A stretch of DNA of 64,000 nt from Mobula hypostoma (Eukaryota): positions 42,534,001-42,598,000 of the forward strand of contig NC_086097.1 in the NCBI RefSeq assembly GCF_963921235.1, in the 5' to 3' direction. How positions within the stretch are numbered: the stretch's first letter is position 1; each line of letters starts with the position of its first letter. The notes under the pieces are model-generated. The model was not told where the DNA came from. It saw nothing but the letters and a program-made list of their open reading frames with translations, and did no database searches. Positions 62,825 to 64,000 of the stretch are shown here, piece by piece. Both the position numbers and the translations under genes were made by a program.

Positions 62825-63120
62825 TCTATTTATTTATTTAGAGGTACAGCACATAACAGGCCCTTCCAGCCCAACGAGCTGCCTCACCCAGCAAGCCACC
62901 TATTTAATCCTAACCTAATCACGAGGCAATTTCCAATCACCAATTGCGCTACTAACCGGTACAACTTTGGACTATGGGAGGAAACCAGAGCACCTGAAAA
63001 AAGCCCACACACTGCATGGGGAGAAGGTACAAACTCGTTGCAGAGGATGCCGGGATTGAACTCTGAACTCTGACATAGTGAGCTGTAATCATGTCATGTT
63101 AACCACTACGGTAGCGTGAC
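62825..63120 (-). mobile_element. tRNA-derived SINE (uninterrupted copy)
   Basis: A-box-like TACCGTAGTGG, B box GAGTTCAATCCC, GGTTTCCTCCCA core, CR1-like tail GAAGGGCCTGTT...TAAATAAATA. Confidence 0.8.
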
Positions 63121-64000
63121 GCACAACGTTGACTTGTTAACTGAATCCATCTATATTCTATATGGGAAAGGCCATAGCCACACCTGGGCCTTATACATTT
63201 CAATACTTTCAGATTGGAGACCCAGAACATGTCACACATGCAAAGCAATGGAGAATGTTTTGACAGCAGCTTAAGCATAGTCAGCTGTCAAGGACTTCGA
63301 ATGGTCCTAAGAAAACTCATACAATAAAAAGACAATTAAAATTTAGAACAAAAGATTCTTTTAAAAAAAACAAAACATTTTGAAACGCTGAAACATTCAA
63401 ACAAACTCAATAAATTAAAATAAATACAAAACATTTCCAAAAAAAGAGGCAAGAACTCCATAAGAAGTGACATATGTGGACTACATGAATATTGGCATTC
63501 CAAAGGAAGATAGATTTTATCCTGGTGAGTAGCTCTATATAAAGTGATGCTAAAAAAAAGTTAACTATACATTAACTCATTCACCAAAATAATATTTCTT
63601 TAGAGGATCCATGCTGTAGGTACAAATAAAATTTAGCCTCTGCTTTTATATCTTGTTCAGCAATATATAGATTGTTGGGCTTGTCACCCTTATGTCACCC
63701 AGATTCCCATCTGTCCTGCCCTTACTGACAAGTTTGATCTCACTAGCCAAGATCCTCATGAATCCAAGCCATGAGCTGTACAACTGCATCACTCAATAAA
63801 CCTTTGATTGAGAGCAATTCAATGACCCAAGATTTGCCATCTGACTGTACCAACATTCACAAGCTTTCCAAAGCTATGAGATAAAAATAACTTTTAATAA
63901 TTACAGCATACTTTGAGTCATAGAGCACAGCACTACCTCACAGAAAAAGGCCCTCCGCCCATCTAGTCCATACCAAACAATTATTCCACCTCGTCCCGAA

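Overview
Repeat-rich, AT-rich, CpG-depleted eukaryotic genomic DNA. The repeat mix (CR1, Rex1/Babar, RTE, Penelope-like elements, tRNA SINEs) suggests a cartilaginous fish, probably a ray; this is inference. No complete gene is visible, and most predicted ORFs are broken transposon reading frames. The most notable system is a family of Neptune-type Penelope-like elements (PLEs) with a GIY-YIG endonuclease. Five insertions have 13-15 bp target-site duplications (TSDs), and four of these are fold-back (inverted-repeat) structures. The terminal repeat carries a minimal hammerhead ribozyme (AGTC-CTGACGA-A-GGGTCTCGGCCT-GAAA-CGTC-GACT). A second, Poseidon-type PLE carries a different, decayed hammerhead. 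Other highlights are a 15-copy 61/62-bp minisatellite grown out of a SINE, a ~70-bp TA-flanked hairpin (MADE/mariner-MITE-like), a nested Rex1>Gypsy>Rex1 structure, an internally deleted RTE, a diverged ~320-bp non-coding duplication, and one good candidate host exon (34307-34489) encoding an unidentified Cys-rich glycoprotein segment. Element boundaries without TSDs are approximate.
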